From: Myxococcales bacterium
GTDB taxonomy: Bacteria; Myxococcota_A; UBA9042
Reading direction: 5' to 3'
Length of the DNA: 64,000 nucleotides
Assembly: GCA_947499075.1 (NCBI GenBank)
Contig: CANMNA010000001.1
Span: forward strand, 8,615 to 72,614
Shown piece after piece: positions 18,109-27,448 of the stretch (positions within the stretch are counted from its first letter, which is position 1; the number at the start of each line of letters is the position of its first letter). The translations under genes and the position numbers were made by a program. The notes below the pieces were generated by a model. The model was not told the DNA's origin. It searched no databases and saw only the letters and a program-made list of their open reading frames with translations.

Positions 18109-19611
18109 ATGTTCGCATCGACCTTGTCCAGCACGCAATCGGCCGCGAAAATGGCGCTGCCTGACCCGCTTGACCACCTCGCCAAGCGCGCCCAATTGGC
18201 TGCTGTGCCGTGTGCGTGGTGGTCCGTGCGCGGATTGCGCGAACGCAGCGAGTCGCTGGTGGTGCGCGCGGGCGTGGTCGAGCCGCCGCGCGGTGCTGAT
18301 GACTTTGGCGCGATGGTGACCGTGCTCGACCAGGGTGCGCTTGGCTATGCCGCAACCGCCGATTTGTCGCTGTCTGGTTTGCAACGGGCCTTTGTCCAAG
18401 CCCGTGCGCTTGCCCATGCCACGGCGCTGTGCAATCTGGTGCCTCTGCATGCAGGCGACCTACCCAACGCAGTCGGCCAGTGGCATGGCCCCGCCGCGGT
18501 CTCGCCCAGCCAATTGACGCGTCGGGCCCTGCTCGATCGTCTGCGGCAATGGGACACCGCGCTGGCAAGCGCTGGCCCACAGATTGTGGACCGTCGCGCC
18601 GGCGTAACGGTTACCGCGGTGACCAGCGTGCTCGTCACTGCTGGTGGTGGCGACGCCCAGACACGCTACCACGTGGTGCACCCGCAGCTGGAAGCGTATG
18701 CATCCGATGGCCAGACCACCCAGCGTCGCACCCACATGGACACCGCGCGTCAGGCGGGTCTGGAGCTCTTGGACGAACTCGCCCTGGACCTACACGCTGA
18801 GCGCGTTGGGCGCGAGGCCGTACGGTTGGTCGGTTCGGCCAATTGCCCAACTGGAGCGACGACCCTGCTGCTCGCTTCAGACCAGATGATGCTGCAAATT
18901 CACGAGTCGATTGGCCATCCGCTCGAGCTTGACCGCATCTTGGGTGACGAGCGCAACTTCGCTGGCACCAGCTTTGTTGTGCCCGAGATGTTCGGGTCGT
19001 ACCAATACGGTTCAGAATTGCTCAATATTTCGTTTGACCCAGGCGTGCCAGGCGAGCTAGCGTCGCTGGCGGTTGATGACTTTGGCACCGTCACCAGCCG
19101 GCAACTGGTCATCGCGGGCGGCATCTTGCTGCGGCCGCTGGGTGGCCAATTGTCGCAGGCCCGCGCCAGCTTGCCTGGCGTCGCGACCACCCGAGCGTGT
19201 AGCTGGAACCGCCCACCTATCGACCGCATGTCCAATTTGAACCTCGAACCTGGTGCGGCCACCGAAGCAGAGCTGATCGCAGGCACCGAGCGCGGCATCT
19301 TGATGCACACCAACCTGAGCTGGTCGATCGACGACTCGCGCAACAAGTTCCAGTTTGGTTGCGAGGTTGGCGAAAGGATCGAAAACGGCGCCATCGTTGG
19401 TTGGGTGCGCAACCCGTGCTATCGGGGCATCTCCGCGACATTCTGGCGTAGCCTCAATGGCGTGGCCCAAGCCCTGGGCATCCACGGCACCCCGTACTGC
19501 GGCAAAGGTGAGCCGACGCAAATCGTCCGCGTTGGCCACGCTTCGCCGATGTGCCGATTCGCCGCTGTCGACGTCTTTGGTGCCCAAAGCGCAGCGGAAG
19601 GCACCAAATGA
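18109..19611 (+). CDS. tldD: TldD-family metalloprotease subunit
   Basis: HESIGHPLELDRILGDE is an HExxxH-type TldD motif. I chose the start at MFASTLSS. Confidence 0.8.
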   Translation: MFASTLSSTQSAAKMALPDPLDHLAKRAQLAAVPCAWWSVRGLRERSESLVVRAGVVEPPRGADDFGAMVTVLDQGALGYAATADLSLSGLQRAFVQARALAHATALCNLVPLHAGDLPNAVGQWHGPAAVSPSQLTRRALLDRLRQWDTALASAGPQIVDRRAGVTVTAVTSVLVTAGGGDAQTRYHVVHPQLEAYASDGQTTQRRTHMDTARQAGLELLDELALDLHAERVGREAVRLVGSANCPTGATTLLLASDQMMLQIHESIGHPLELDRILGDERNFAGTSFVVPEMFGSYQYGSELLNISFDPGVPGELASLAVDDFGTVTSRQLVIAGGILLRPLGGQLSQARASLPGVATTRACSWNRPPIDRMSNLNLEPGAATEAELIAGTERGILMHTNLSWSIDDSRNKFQFGCEVGERIENGAIVGWVRNPCYRGISATFWRSLNGVAQALGIHGTPYCGKGEPTQIVRVGHASPMCRFAAVDVFGAQSAAEGTK

Positions 19612-20927
19612 GGGCAATCGAGCAGTTTTTTCACCATTTTGGCAAGTTGCGCGTGCCTGCTGCGCATAGGGCCAGCGCCTACCTGCAGTGTGAAGAAACG
19701 GCGTTTGTGCGCTGGAACCATGCTCAGGTACGCCAGGCTGGGCATGTCGACCAGGCCACCTGTACCGTGGAGCTCGTGTTCGGTCGGCAGCACGCGTCGC
19801 TCGAAGTCAACTTGGGCGGCGATGCAGCAGACGACGTGGCGCGGCTTCAGTGGGCCATCGACACGCTTGCCGAAACGCTGCCGGACGTGCCCGACGATCC
19901 GCACTTGTTGTTATGTGACGGTGCAGAAAGCCAATTCGACCTACCAGACCTGCCAACGGATCCCGTTGACGCTGCCATCGCTGACATCGCCAGATTTTCT
20001 CAAGGCTTAGATCTTGTCGGTATCCTGGCCCAAGGACCGATAGGCGCCGCGTATGCCGATTCGAGCGGCGTACGGCACGCGTGGCAGCGACCGATGTCGC
20101 TGCTGGATTATTCCGTGTATGCCCACACCGACAAGGCCATCAAGCGCAGCCTCGCTGGGCCGACGTGGCAACCGGCGCAGTTTGCGGCGCAACTGACCGA
20201 TGTGCGCGCTTGTTTGCCCTTGCTGTTTGTGCCACCGAGGCTGCTGGAGCCCGACGGGTATCGCGCCTGGCTCACTCCGGCTGCGGTCGAGGCCCTGCTC
20301 GAAGTGCTGAGCTGGACCGGTTTTTCAACCAAGGCCCACAAGACGCGCCAGTCCCACTTGCAGCGGTTGGCCGACGGGCAAGGCATCCTCGATGCGCGCG
20401 TCAACCTGGTTGAGGACACGACGTTGGGTGTCGGGCCGACGTTTGGGCCGACGGGGTTTGCCAAGAAATCTGTGCAATTGTGGCAGAATGGCCGACACAT
20501 TCAGGGGCTTTGTGGGCCGCGCACCGCGCAGGAGTACAGTCTGGTCACTGACGGGGCGGCCGACAGCGAGGAGCCGGGCAGCCTGTCGTTGCGTGGCGGT
20601 GCGCTCGCCCAAGCCGATGTCTTGGCACGGCTGGGCACCGGCCTATGGGTGGACAACTTGTGGTACCTCAATTTTTCAGACCGGGACGCGTGTCGCATTA
20701 CCGGCATGACTCGTTTTGCCACACTGTGGGTGGAGAATGGTGTACCGGTGGCCCCGGTCGCGGTGATGCGCTTTGACGACACGCTCGAGCGCATGTTTGG
20801 TACCGCGCTGGTCGACCTAGGGCAGAATCCGGAATTGTGTGTCGATGCATTGACTTGGAAGCGTCGTGCTACCCGCGGGGCACGCACCCCGGGCGTGCTT
20901 CTAAGCGACTGGACCTTGACCCTGTAA
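19608..20927 (+). CDS. pmbA: PmbA/TldE-family partner subunit
   Basis: ATGA overlap with the tldD stop. The family-typical C-terminus reads GLWVDNLWYLNFSD...TGMTRFATLWVENG. Confidence 0.75.
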   Translation: MRAIEQFFHHFGKLRVPAAHRASAYLQCEETAFVRWNHAQVRQAGHVDQATCTVELVFGRQHASLEVNLGGDAADDVARLQWAIDTLAETLPDVPDDPHLLLCDGAESQFDLPDLPTDPVDAAIADIARFSQGLDLVGILAQGPIGAAYADSSGVRHAWQRPMSLLDYSVYAHTDKAIKRSLAGPTWQPAQFAAQLTDVRACLPLLFVPPRLLEPDGYRAWLTPAAVEALLEVLSWTGFSTKAHKTRQSHLQRLADGQGILDARVNLVEDTTLGVGPTFGPTGFAKKSVQLWQNGRHIQGLCGPRTAQEYSLVTDGAADSEEPGSLSLRGGALAQADVLARLGTGLWVDNLWYLNFSDRDACRITGMTRFATLWVENGVPVAPVAVMRFDDTLERMFGTALVDLGQNPELCVDALTWKRRATRGARTPGVLLSDWTLTL

Positions 20928-20934
20928 AACTAAC

Positions 20935-20956
20935 CGACGCATCCTTTGTTCAGAAC
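20935..20956 (-). repeat. Dispersed core repeat copy 7 (degenerate: CCGACGCATCCTTTGTTCAGAAC on plus)
   Basis: Lies 7 nt after the pmbA-like stop. Its AT-rich arm ATTGAAATAGTTGATTATTCT resembles the long arm of copies 1 and 2. Confidence 0.7.
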
Positions 20957-21068
20957 ATTGAAATAGTTGATTATTCTGGCGACGGTGGCCTGTCGCTGTC
21001 ACGGTCACGGTCAGCAGACACCGGGTGGGCGCAAACTTGCCGCACCCCTGACGTGACTGCCGCAATTC

Positions 21069-21088
21069 GTACGCGCCCTTTGTTCAAG
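21069..21088 (-). repeat. Dispersed core repeat copy 8 (degenerate: GTACGCGCCCTTTGTTCAAG on plus)
   Basis: Lies 11 nt beyond the stop of the minus-strand MFS gene and in the same orientation as that gene. A half-copy, CTGAACAAATGAG, is adjacent. Confidence 0.7.
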
Positions 21089-21099
21089 TGCTCATTTGT

Positions 21100-22467
21100 T
21101 CAGCCCCTTTCTTGGTCCCTCAGGCCGCCGCCCGTGGCTTCGCTGGCGAGTTTTTGCTTGCCCATGCCCAACAAGAGCGGCAGGGCCACCAAAGCCAGCG
21201 CCGCGTCGAGCGCCAGCGTATTGGGGTAGCCCCAGTGCTCGGCCGCCCAGCCCTGCCACTTGGCGCTCAATCCAATCGACAAGTTCAGCAACGCCATGTA
21301 CGCGGTGAACTGCGTGGCAGCCACCGCAGGCGTCGTGACGTCCATGAACAACGCGGTGCGCACGCCATACATCAGTCCTTGCGGCACCGCGTACAGCAGG
21401 CTCGCCATCCACAACGCGGAGACCAAGCCAGCCGGAATCGGCGGTCGCTGCTTGGCGTCGAGTGCTACTGGCATCAGCCACCCCGCAGCTTGCATTTTCC
21501 AGGCCAGATACGCCGTTGGCACGGCCGTCGCCCCCAGAAACAGCGCCAGCATCTTGCGCCGACCGAACCGATCCGAGATGTGCCCGCCTGCGACACAGCA
21601 CAGCGCGGAGATAACTGTTGAGGCAAGGCTCATGGTCGCGATCTGGTCGTCTGCAAGCCCCAGCTCGACACACAGGTTGGACTGAAGCGCCAGCGACAGG
21701 GCCATCGCTCCCGCCGGCAACAGCGCAAAGGCCACCGCTAGCAGTGCCGCGCGCGAGCCGATAAACGCAAAGAACGTATCTTTGGCAAACTTGCCAATTT
21801 CGCGCCTAATTTGTGCAAGCCGCGGGCCTGCAGTCACCGCGCGCGGCGGATAAGGTGGCTCCTTGAGGCGCCACGAGACCAGCACGGTGACCACCAGGAT
21901 CGACGCGCCCACCAGCAAGAAGCTCGCCTTGAGCGCCGCTTGAGGCCCAAGCGCCTGCTGGAGCGACTCGCGCAGGTAGAGCACACCGGCACCGCCGACC
22001 GCCTGACCCGCGTAGGCGCCCGCGAACATCAGGCCATTGGCTACGCCGCGCTCCTCTTCGGGCAGAACATGGCACGCCAGCGCGTCAATCGCCACGTCTT
22101 GGGTGGCGCCAAACAGGTTGTGGACAAAGATTAGCGCGGTAAACATCGTGAGATCTTTGGCGATGTCCACGCCCATCGCCAGTAACAACGTGCCCACCAT
22201 GAGCAATTGGGCGCCGACGATCCACGCCCGGCGTCGGCCAAATTTGTCTGGCGCGACGACATCGACGATGGGGCCGATCGCCCACTTCCATGCCCACGGC
22301 AAGTACAAGGACGCGACGAAGCCGCCGATGGCAGCTGGACCCAAGCCCATGCGGCGCATCTCGGTGGCAATCGCGGTGGCGGTAAAGCCAAGCGGGATGC
22401 CCTCGGTGAGGTACAGGCAGAACAGAGTCGACAGGCGGCCGCGCCGCGTTTGCAACGGGTGGAGCAT
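21100..22467 (-). CDS. AmpG/PAT-family MFS transporter
   Basis: LSTLFCLYLTEGIPLGFTATAIATEMRRMGLGPAAIGGFVASLYLPWAWKWAIGPIVD is an AmpG-like N-terminus. I chose the start at MLHPLQTRRG. Confidence 0.8.
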   Translation of the reverse strand: MLHPLQTRRGRLSTLFCLYLTEGIPLGFTATAIATEMRRMGLGPAAIGGFVASLYLPWAWKWAIGPIVDVVAPDKFGRRRAWIVGAQLLMVGTLLLAMGVDIAKDLTMFTALIFVHNLFGATQDVAIDALACHVLPEEERGVANGLMFAGAYAGQAVGGAGVLYLRESLQQALGPQAALKASFLLVGASILVVTVLVSWRLKEPPYPPRAVTAGPRLAQIRREIGKFAKDTFFAFIGSRAALLAVAFALLPAGAMALSLALQSNLCVELGLADDQIATMSLASTVISALCCVAGGHISDRFGRRKMLALFLGATAVPTAYLAWKMQAAGWLMPVALDAKQRPPIPAGLVSALWMASLLYAVPQGLMYGVRTALFMDVTTPAVAATQFTAYMALLNLSIGLSAKWQGWAAEHWGYPNTLALDAALALVALPLLLGMGKQKLASEATGGGLRDQERG

Positions 22468-22522
22468 GGCGGTAGCGTTGACGCCGTGCGGCAGGCTGTC
22501 AAGTCTGCGGCGAGGAGGCGCG

Positions 22523-24952
22523 GTGCGCCACGGCTGGCTGTTCCTGTGCGCGCTTGCGGTGGTCCTCGCCCAACCTGCCGCGGCGTTGCTGCCGCCGCCC
22601 ATGCCGCTGATGGTGCGCGTCGCCGCCAACGGTCAGTCGGCGGCGGTGTTTGACCACAAGTACGGCGCGCTCAACAGCTGGTGGGTCCGACCTTACCAAA
22701 GCTTCGCACCAGGCAAGCCGACCGTCGACGTGCTCCACGACCTGTTTTGGGGGCTGGCGCCGGTGGTGGACGGCAAGGTCGGCAAGGGCACCTGGGCGCC
22801 CCAGATGCCGCTAAGCCTAGGCACCAAGCCTTGGCAGCCCAGCGACGGGATCAACGACACGGTCTTTGGCTATTGGGGGGCGACCGGCATCGTGCGCGAG
22901 ACGCGGCTGTGGCCCGGTCCCCCGCCAGTTGCGCTGACGACATTGGTGTTTGCGCCGATGACCGCGCCGGGGCGGTGTCTGGCCGTGCTGGCCCGGGTCG
23001 CCAGCTTGAGCCAAAGTGGGCCGATCAAGCAGGACTTCACGCTGGCGCTGCTGGTGAACCTGCACATGGGCAGCGGGTCGCCCCATGCCGGCAGTGACGC
23101 GGAGCAGTTGGAGATCGCGGGGCCGGGGACCCTGCTGGAGCGTGGCCTGAACACCGACCACCATGCGCTGGTGCGCGGCCTCGCGCCCTGGGACGGCACG
23201 CCAACCGTGCAGAACATCTACGCGCCCTTCCAATTGGGCGTGCCACTGCAGTTGGGCGAGGTCGGCAAGGCGGTTGGCAACGACTTGGTCGGCGCACTGG
23301 TCGTCAACGGGCTGTCCTTGAGCCCGCTTGGCCAAACCTTGACCGGTGCACTGGTGTGCTATGACTCGACCGACGTCGCCGCCCCTGACATCCATGCTTG
23401 GCTCGCCGGTCGCAATGCCGAGCAATTGCTTGCCGACGAGCAAGCTTGGTGGCAGAAGTGGCACGCAGTAGCGCCTTTGCCCATCGCGCTGCCGGACAAC
23501 GAGGTGCTCACGTTTCAGCGCCAACTGACCTTGCTCAAGATGGCGCAGTGCCAACAGCCCGAATTGGTCGGACCCTGGCAAGGGCAGACGCCCTTTGGCC
23601 AGATCGTCGCGAGCTTGCCGCCGGGCGAGTGGAACATCACGTGGCCGCGCGACCAGAGTTACGCGGGCGTGGCGCTGGCGGCGAGCGGTCACTTGCCGGA
23701 GGCGAAGGCCGCGCTTGCGTTCGTGCTGCAAGGCAAAGCGGGCCAGTTTCAGGCTCAAGTCGGCGCTCCGTATCGGGTGTCTGTCACGCGCTACTTTGGC
23801 GGTGGCCTGGAGGAAAGCGACAGCAACGAGGACGGTCCCAACATCGAACTGGACGGCTTTGGCTTGGTGCTGTGGCAGGCCGCGCGCTACGTCCAAGCGG
23901 CCAATGACGTCGACTTCGTGGCCAAGTGGTGGCCTGACTTGCGCGATCTGGTCGCCGCGCCGTTGCTGCAGGCCATCGACGCCACGGGTCTGATCAAGCC
24001 TGATTCGTCGATTTGGGAAGTGCACTGGAACGGTAAGCAAAAGCACTTTGCCTACACGTCGATCGCTGCCGTGCGCGGCCTGTGCGGTGCTGCTCAGCTG
24101 GCGACGGTGGCGGGGCAGGGCGCGCTGGCCGCCCAGTATCGGCAGCAGGCGACCCAGTTGCGCGATGCGATTGTGGCCAACCTGGCGCCGGCGGGTACCT
24201 ACCTGCGTGGCAACGTGGAGGAACCGCCTCAGACCGCCGCCGATCTGGCGGCGATTGAAGCGCTGCTCGACGGCCAGATTGCGCCGTGGGGGCCGGTCGC
24301 CCAGTCGAGCTGGAACAAGTGGCGCAAGACGTTGCAGGCGGGCAGCGGACCCGGTTTTGTGCGCAACGACGACGGCGGATGGTACGACAGCCAAGAGTGG
24401 CTGTTCATCGACCTGCGGGTGCTGCACTGGATGGAGCGCGCGCTGTCGGCGGGCGCGCCGCTGCAGGCCGAGCGCGACGAACTGCGCAAGCGCGTGCTGC
24501 AAGTCGCGGCTGCGGGTGGCGGGCTTGTCCCGGAGCTTGTCCAGACCACCGGCACCGGCGCAGGCCAGTTTGCCGGCGCGCTGCCCATGATGGGCTTTGG
24601 CGCTGGGGTGCTGGCCTTAGTTCTGGGCGGTGAGGCGTATGGCGACGACCTGGCGGCTTGCGTCGGGGCACCGGCGAGTCCGGCGGCAGTCGCGGTGGCC
24701 GACAACGTGGCTGATGCTGCGGCCGATGCGGCGGTCGCCGATGTGGCCGCGGCACCAGAACCCGTTGCTGCCGACAGCCCAGCCGCAGACGCGGCCAGCC
24801 TAGGCGCCGCGTCAGACCTCGCTTCGCCGGCCATTCCTCAGGTTCAGTCGGCCACAGCACGTGGATGTGCGGGCGCGCCACGCGGTGCCAGCGGGTGGAC
24901 GCTGGCCTGGGCCATTTGCGTGGCTTGGCTGGCAATGCGGCGTAAATCTTGA
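22523..24952 (+). CDS. GH15-like (glucoamylase-family) secreted glycoside hydrolase with a MYXO-CTERM-like tail
   Basis: I chose the GTG at 22523: AGGAGG lies 5 nt upstream and it gives the signal peptide RHGWLFLCALAVVLAQPAAA. ITWPRDQSYAGVALA and SSIWEVHW are GH15-like. The C-terminus is GCAGAPRGASGWTLAWAICVAWLAMRRKS. Confidence 0.75.
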   Translation: MRHGWLFLCALAVVLAQPAAALLPPPMPLMVRVAANGQSAAVFDHKYGALNSWWVRPYQSFAPGKPTVDVLHDLFWGLAPVVDGKVGKGTWAPQMPLSLGTKPWQPSDGINDTVFGYWGATGIVRETRLWPGPPPVALTTLVFAPMTAPGRCLAVLARVASLSQSGPIKQDFTLALLVNLHMGSGSPHAGSDAEQLEIAGPGTLLERGLNTDHHALVRGLAPWDGTPTVQNIYAPFQLGVPLQLGEVGKAVGNDLVGALVVNGLSLSPLGQTLTGALVCYDSTDVAAPDIHAWLAGRNAEQLLADEQAWWQKWHAVAPLPIALPDNEVLTFQRQLTLLKMAQCQQPELVGPWQGQTPFGQIVASLPPGEWNITWPRDQSYAGVALAASGHLPEAKAALAFVLQGKAGQFQAQVGAPYRVSVTRYFGGGLEESDSNEDGPNIELDGFGLVLWQAARYVQAANDVDFVAKWWPDLRDLVAAPLLQAIDATGLIKPDSSIWEVHWNGKQKHFAYTSIAAVRGLCGAAQLATVAGQGALAAQYRQQATQLRDAIVANLAPAGTYLRGNVEEPPQTAADLAAIEALLDGQIAPWGPVAQSSWNKWRKTLQAGSGPGFVRNDDGGWYDSQEWLFIDLRVLHWMERALSAGAPLQAERDELRKRVLQVAAAGGGLVPELVQTTGTGAGQFAGALPMMGFGAGVLALVLGGEAYGDDLAACVGAPASPAAVAVADNVADAAADAAVADVAAAPEPVAADSPAADAASLGAASDLASPAIPQVQSATARGCAGAPRGASGWTLAWAICVAWLAMRRKS

Positions 24953-24954
24953 TA

Positions 24955-24975
24955 GTTGAACAAAGGGTGCGTCCG
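24955..24975 (+). repeat. Dispersed core repeat copy 9 (exact consensus)
   Basis: Starts 2 nt after the GH15 stop (TGA TAG TTGAAC...). Confidence 0.9.
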
Positions 24976-25041
24976 TTATTTTCGCGCTGCCGTGGCCGTG
25001 ATAGCCTGCTCGCTGGCGCGGTCCACGCGCTCTGGAGCCCC

Positions 25042-26226
25042 ATGACCATGTCGTTTCTCACCGTTTCCCTATTGACCCTGCTACTTGCTGCGAGCCTGTC
25101 GGCCTGTTCCGACGCGGCCAAGCCGGCGTCCGGCGCCGACGCGCAAGCTGTCGCGATCAGCGACGCTGGCGGTGACGTTGTGCCAACAGCGGACGCAGCC
25201 GGCGCAGACGTCGCACCCGATTCCAAGGCCGCCGACGCGGACGCAACCGCAGCGCCCGACGTCGCCGCGGACGCGCCGGCGCCCACTGACGCTGGACCAG
25301 AAGTTGCGGCCGACGCTGCTCCACCAGTTGACACCGTTGCTGCCGATGTGGCAACCGATTCCGGTCCGGCATTGTCCACGGTCACCGGCACGTGGACTTT
25401 GGGCGACTCTGGCGCCAAATACAGCCTGCACGGCCTGTGGGGCGCCGCCAAGGACAAGCTGGTGGCCGTCGGCGAACAGGGTGCCATCCAGTGGTACGAC
25501 GGAGCGGGGTGGCACGCCGAAGCCAAACCAGCGACGATTCAGTGGCTGCATGGCGTCTGGGGCGCGTCGGACAAGGACATTTGGGCGGTTGGTGAGAGCG
25601 CGACGGCTGTGCATTGGGACGGTTCGGCCTGGAAAGTCGTGGCTTTGCCCGTTGACGGCGCCCTGCAAGCTGTGCACGGCACGGCCACCGACGACGTGTG
25701 GACGGTCGGTGACGCCGGCGGCGCGGTGCACTGGGATGGCAAGCTGTGGGCGGCGGTCAAGCTGCCAGTCCAAAACTACTTGTACGGCGTGCACGCCATC
25801 GCCAAAGACGACGTTTGGATCGCCGGCGGCATGGGCACCCTGCTGCATTGGGACGGCAAAGTCTGGACGTCGACACCCGTAGGCTCCAGCGGCATGGACG
25901 ACAACATCGAGGGCGTGTGGGCCTACGGCGCCAAGGACGTCTGGGCCGTGGGCAAAAAGGGTGTGGTGTTCCACAACACCGGCAGCGGATGGACCAAGGT
26001 CGAATCGCCCACCAAGGCCGCTTGGCTTTTCCGAATCTGGGGCTCCGCCAGCAACGACGTGTGGATGGCCGGCAACGGCGGCGTGGTGTTGCACTGGAAC
26101 GGCGAGGCCCTGGCCCAGATCGACATCGGCGAACTCGACGCCTTGCGCGGGATTTGGGGATCGTCGGCCAAGGACATCTGGATGGTCGGGCCCAATAAGA
26201 CGACTTGGCACTACCTGGCACCGTAA
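25042..26226 (+). CDS. Lipoprotein with beta-propeller-like repeats (W.VG..G....WDG..W)
   Basis: I chose the start at MTMSFLTVSLLTLLLAASLSAC (lipobox). An acidic Ala/Asp linker is followed by about 8 repeats such as VWAVGESATAVHWDGSAWK. Confidence 0.7.
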   Translation: MTMSFLTVSLLTLLLAASLSACSDAAKPASGADAQAVAISDAGGDVVPTADAAGADVAPDSKAADADATAAPDVAADAPAPTDAGPEVAADAAPPVDTVAADVATDSGPALSTVTGTWTLGDSGAKYSLHGLWGAAKDKLVAVGEQGAIQWYDGAGWHAEAKPATIQWLHGVWGASDKDIWAVGESATAVHWDGSAWKVVALPVDGALQAVHGTATDDVWTVGDAGGAVHWDGKLWAAVKLPVQNYLYGVHAIAKDDVWIAGGMGTLLHWDGKVWTSTPVGSSGMDDNIEGVWAYGAKDVWAVGKKGVVFHNTGSGWTKVESPTKAAWLFRIWGSASNDVWMAGNGGVVLHWNGEALAQIDIGELDALRGIWGSSAKDIWMVGPNKTTWHYLAP

Positions 26227-26324
26227 GCGACCGCCGCAAGAAAAGTAGTCGTCGCTTCTTCAGCATTCGATCTGGATTCATAGACTTGGCGTCCGCAATC
26301 GATCTGCTTATCTTGCAGCGATGC

Positions 26325-26552
26325 CTAAGAGGCGGCCTGCGCGGGGCTCGCGAAGACCGAAGACCTTCACATTTTCACCGTCAGAATAAATTCTGCGGCT
26401 ACAGGCAACGGTGTCGGCCTACGCCGACACCCGGCCGGGCGCCCGCGCAGGCGAGCGCCGTCACCTGTAGGTGCGCAATTCATTGCGACGGCGTCCCAAG
26501 CCGTTATCAACGCTGCGGTTTTTAGTTGACACAATCGAATCCACCCTCTAAG
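26325..26552. repeat. Structured dispersed repeat (MITE-like), copy 2, 228 bp including flanking CTAAG
   Basis: Same orientation as copy 1, with 13 substitutions and a 15-nt deletion of the left-end TATTCGAAAAGGTGA. CTAAG at 26325-26329 and 26548-26552. Confidence 0.75.
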
Positions 26553-26653
26553 CAACCGTGACAATTTAAGTCGATCGACTGCAAATTCGACAGGAGCGGC
26601 GAGTCGGCTGTCAAGCTGCGAGCTTGCGGCCCACCCAGCAAGCAATTGAGCCG

Positions 26654-26680
26654 TGTGACAGAACAACTTGTTCTGTCACA
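26654..26680. repeat. Perfect 11-bp-stem palindrome TGTGACAGAAC-aactt-GTTCTGTCACA
   Basis: Read directly from the sequence. It lies in a roughly 410-nt stretch (26553-26964) with no convincing ORF. No T-tract follows it on either strand. Confidence 0.8.
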
Positions 26681-26964
26681 GATCCTAACGCCGCGATCGC
26701 CAAAATCGTGGCGTCAACCGCGGCTCTGCGCCTCCAAAGTCATTGCCTTCTAGTCACCAGACGCCACGCTGCCGCCCAAGCTGGGCGCGCGCCAGCGCAC
26801 GGCAGAGACGATGGCTGACAGGCGAAGTGGGCCGCCATTCTGGTTTGGCCGCGGCGTTGCAGGCCCCGTCGATTCACTGGCTGCTGCTGGACTGCCCGTT
26901 CTGGCGCAGCAACCTGTCGGAGTCTGCGCTCACCGCTGGCAGGCAGGCGCAGCCTGCGCGATCG

Positions 26965-27441
26965 TCACTGGATCGGAACTCCCGTCCCAAACCCTTTGCC
27001 CCGCAGTTTGACGGGGGCCGCCTTGTCCATCGGGTTGGGCAACTTTGGCTCGGGGCGTCCGAACCGGTAAGCAGCTGTCGCGTGCACGCCAAAATCACCG
27101 CCATTGACGTCGACCGCTACCAGCAAATCGTCGGCTGGCACTCCGGTCAGGCTGAATCGCACCTTTAGGTCCACGACTTTGCCGCGCTTGGGCTGCAGAC
27201 GAAGGGGTAACACCTTGGGCTGCATCAGCTTGGCTCCCTGTGGCACGGTCCACGTCACGGCAAGCGGCAGGTCTAGCGCCCGGGTCAGCGCCAAGTGTAG
27301 CACCACCGTCAGCTGCTGCCCTGGGCGGACCTTGGCCGGCCCGACAAACGTGGCAACCATTGGGGCCCGCTGCGGCGGGTCCGCCAGCACCGCGCTTGGC
27401 AGTCCTAGCAGCACAAGTGCTGCCGCAATCCAGTGCTTCAT
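26965..27441 (-). CDS. Small secreted protein, unknown function
   Basis: I chose the start at MKHWIAAALVLLGLPSAVLA (signal peptide). It lies 7 nt downstream of the 27449-29143 gene, so the two are probably co-transcribed. Confidence 0.5.
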   Translation of the reverse strand: MKHWIAAALVLLGLPSAVLADPPQRAPMVATFVGPAKVRPGQQLTVVLHLALTRALDLPLAVTWTVPQGAKLMQPKVLPLRLQPKRGKVVDLKVRFSLTGVPADDLLVAVDVNGGDFGVHATAAYRFGRPEPKLPNPMDKAAPVKLRGKGFGTGVPIQ

Positions 27442-27448
27442 GGTCCCC

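Noticed and set aside
22465-22468. Divergent start codons sharing CATG between the MFS gene and the GH15 gene (ATG at 22466).
   Set aside because: A better GH15 start exists at GTG 22523, with AGGAGG 5 nt upstream and an immediate signal peptide. The apparent overlap is therefore probably an artefact of taking the longest ORF.
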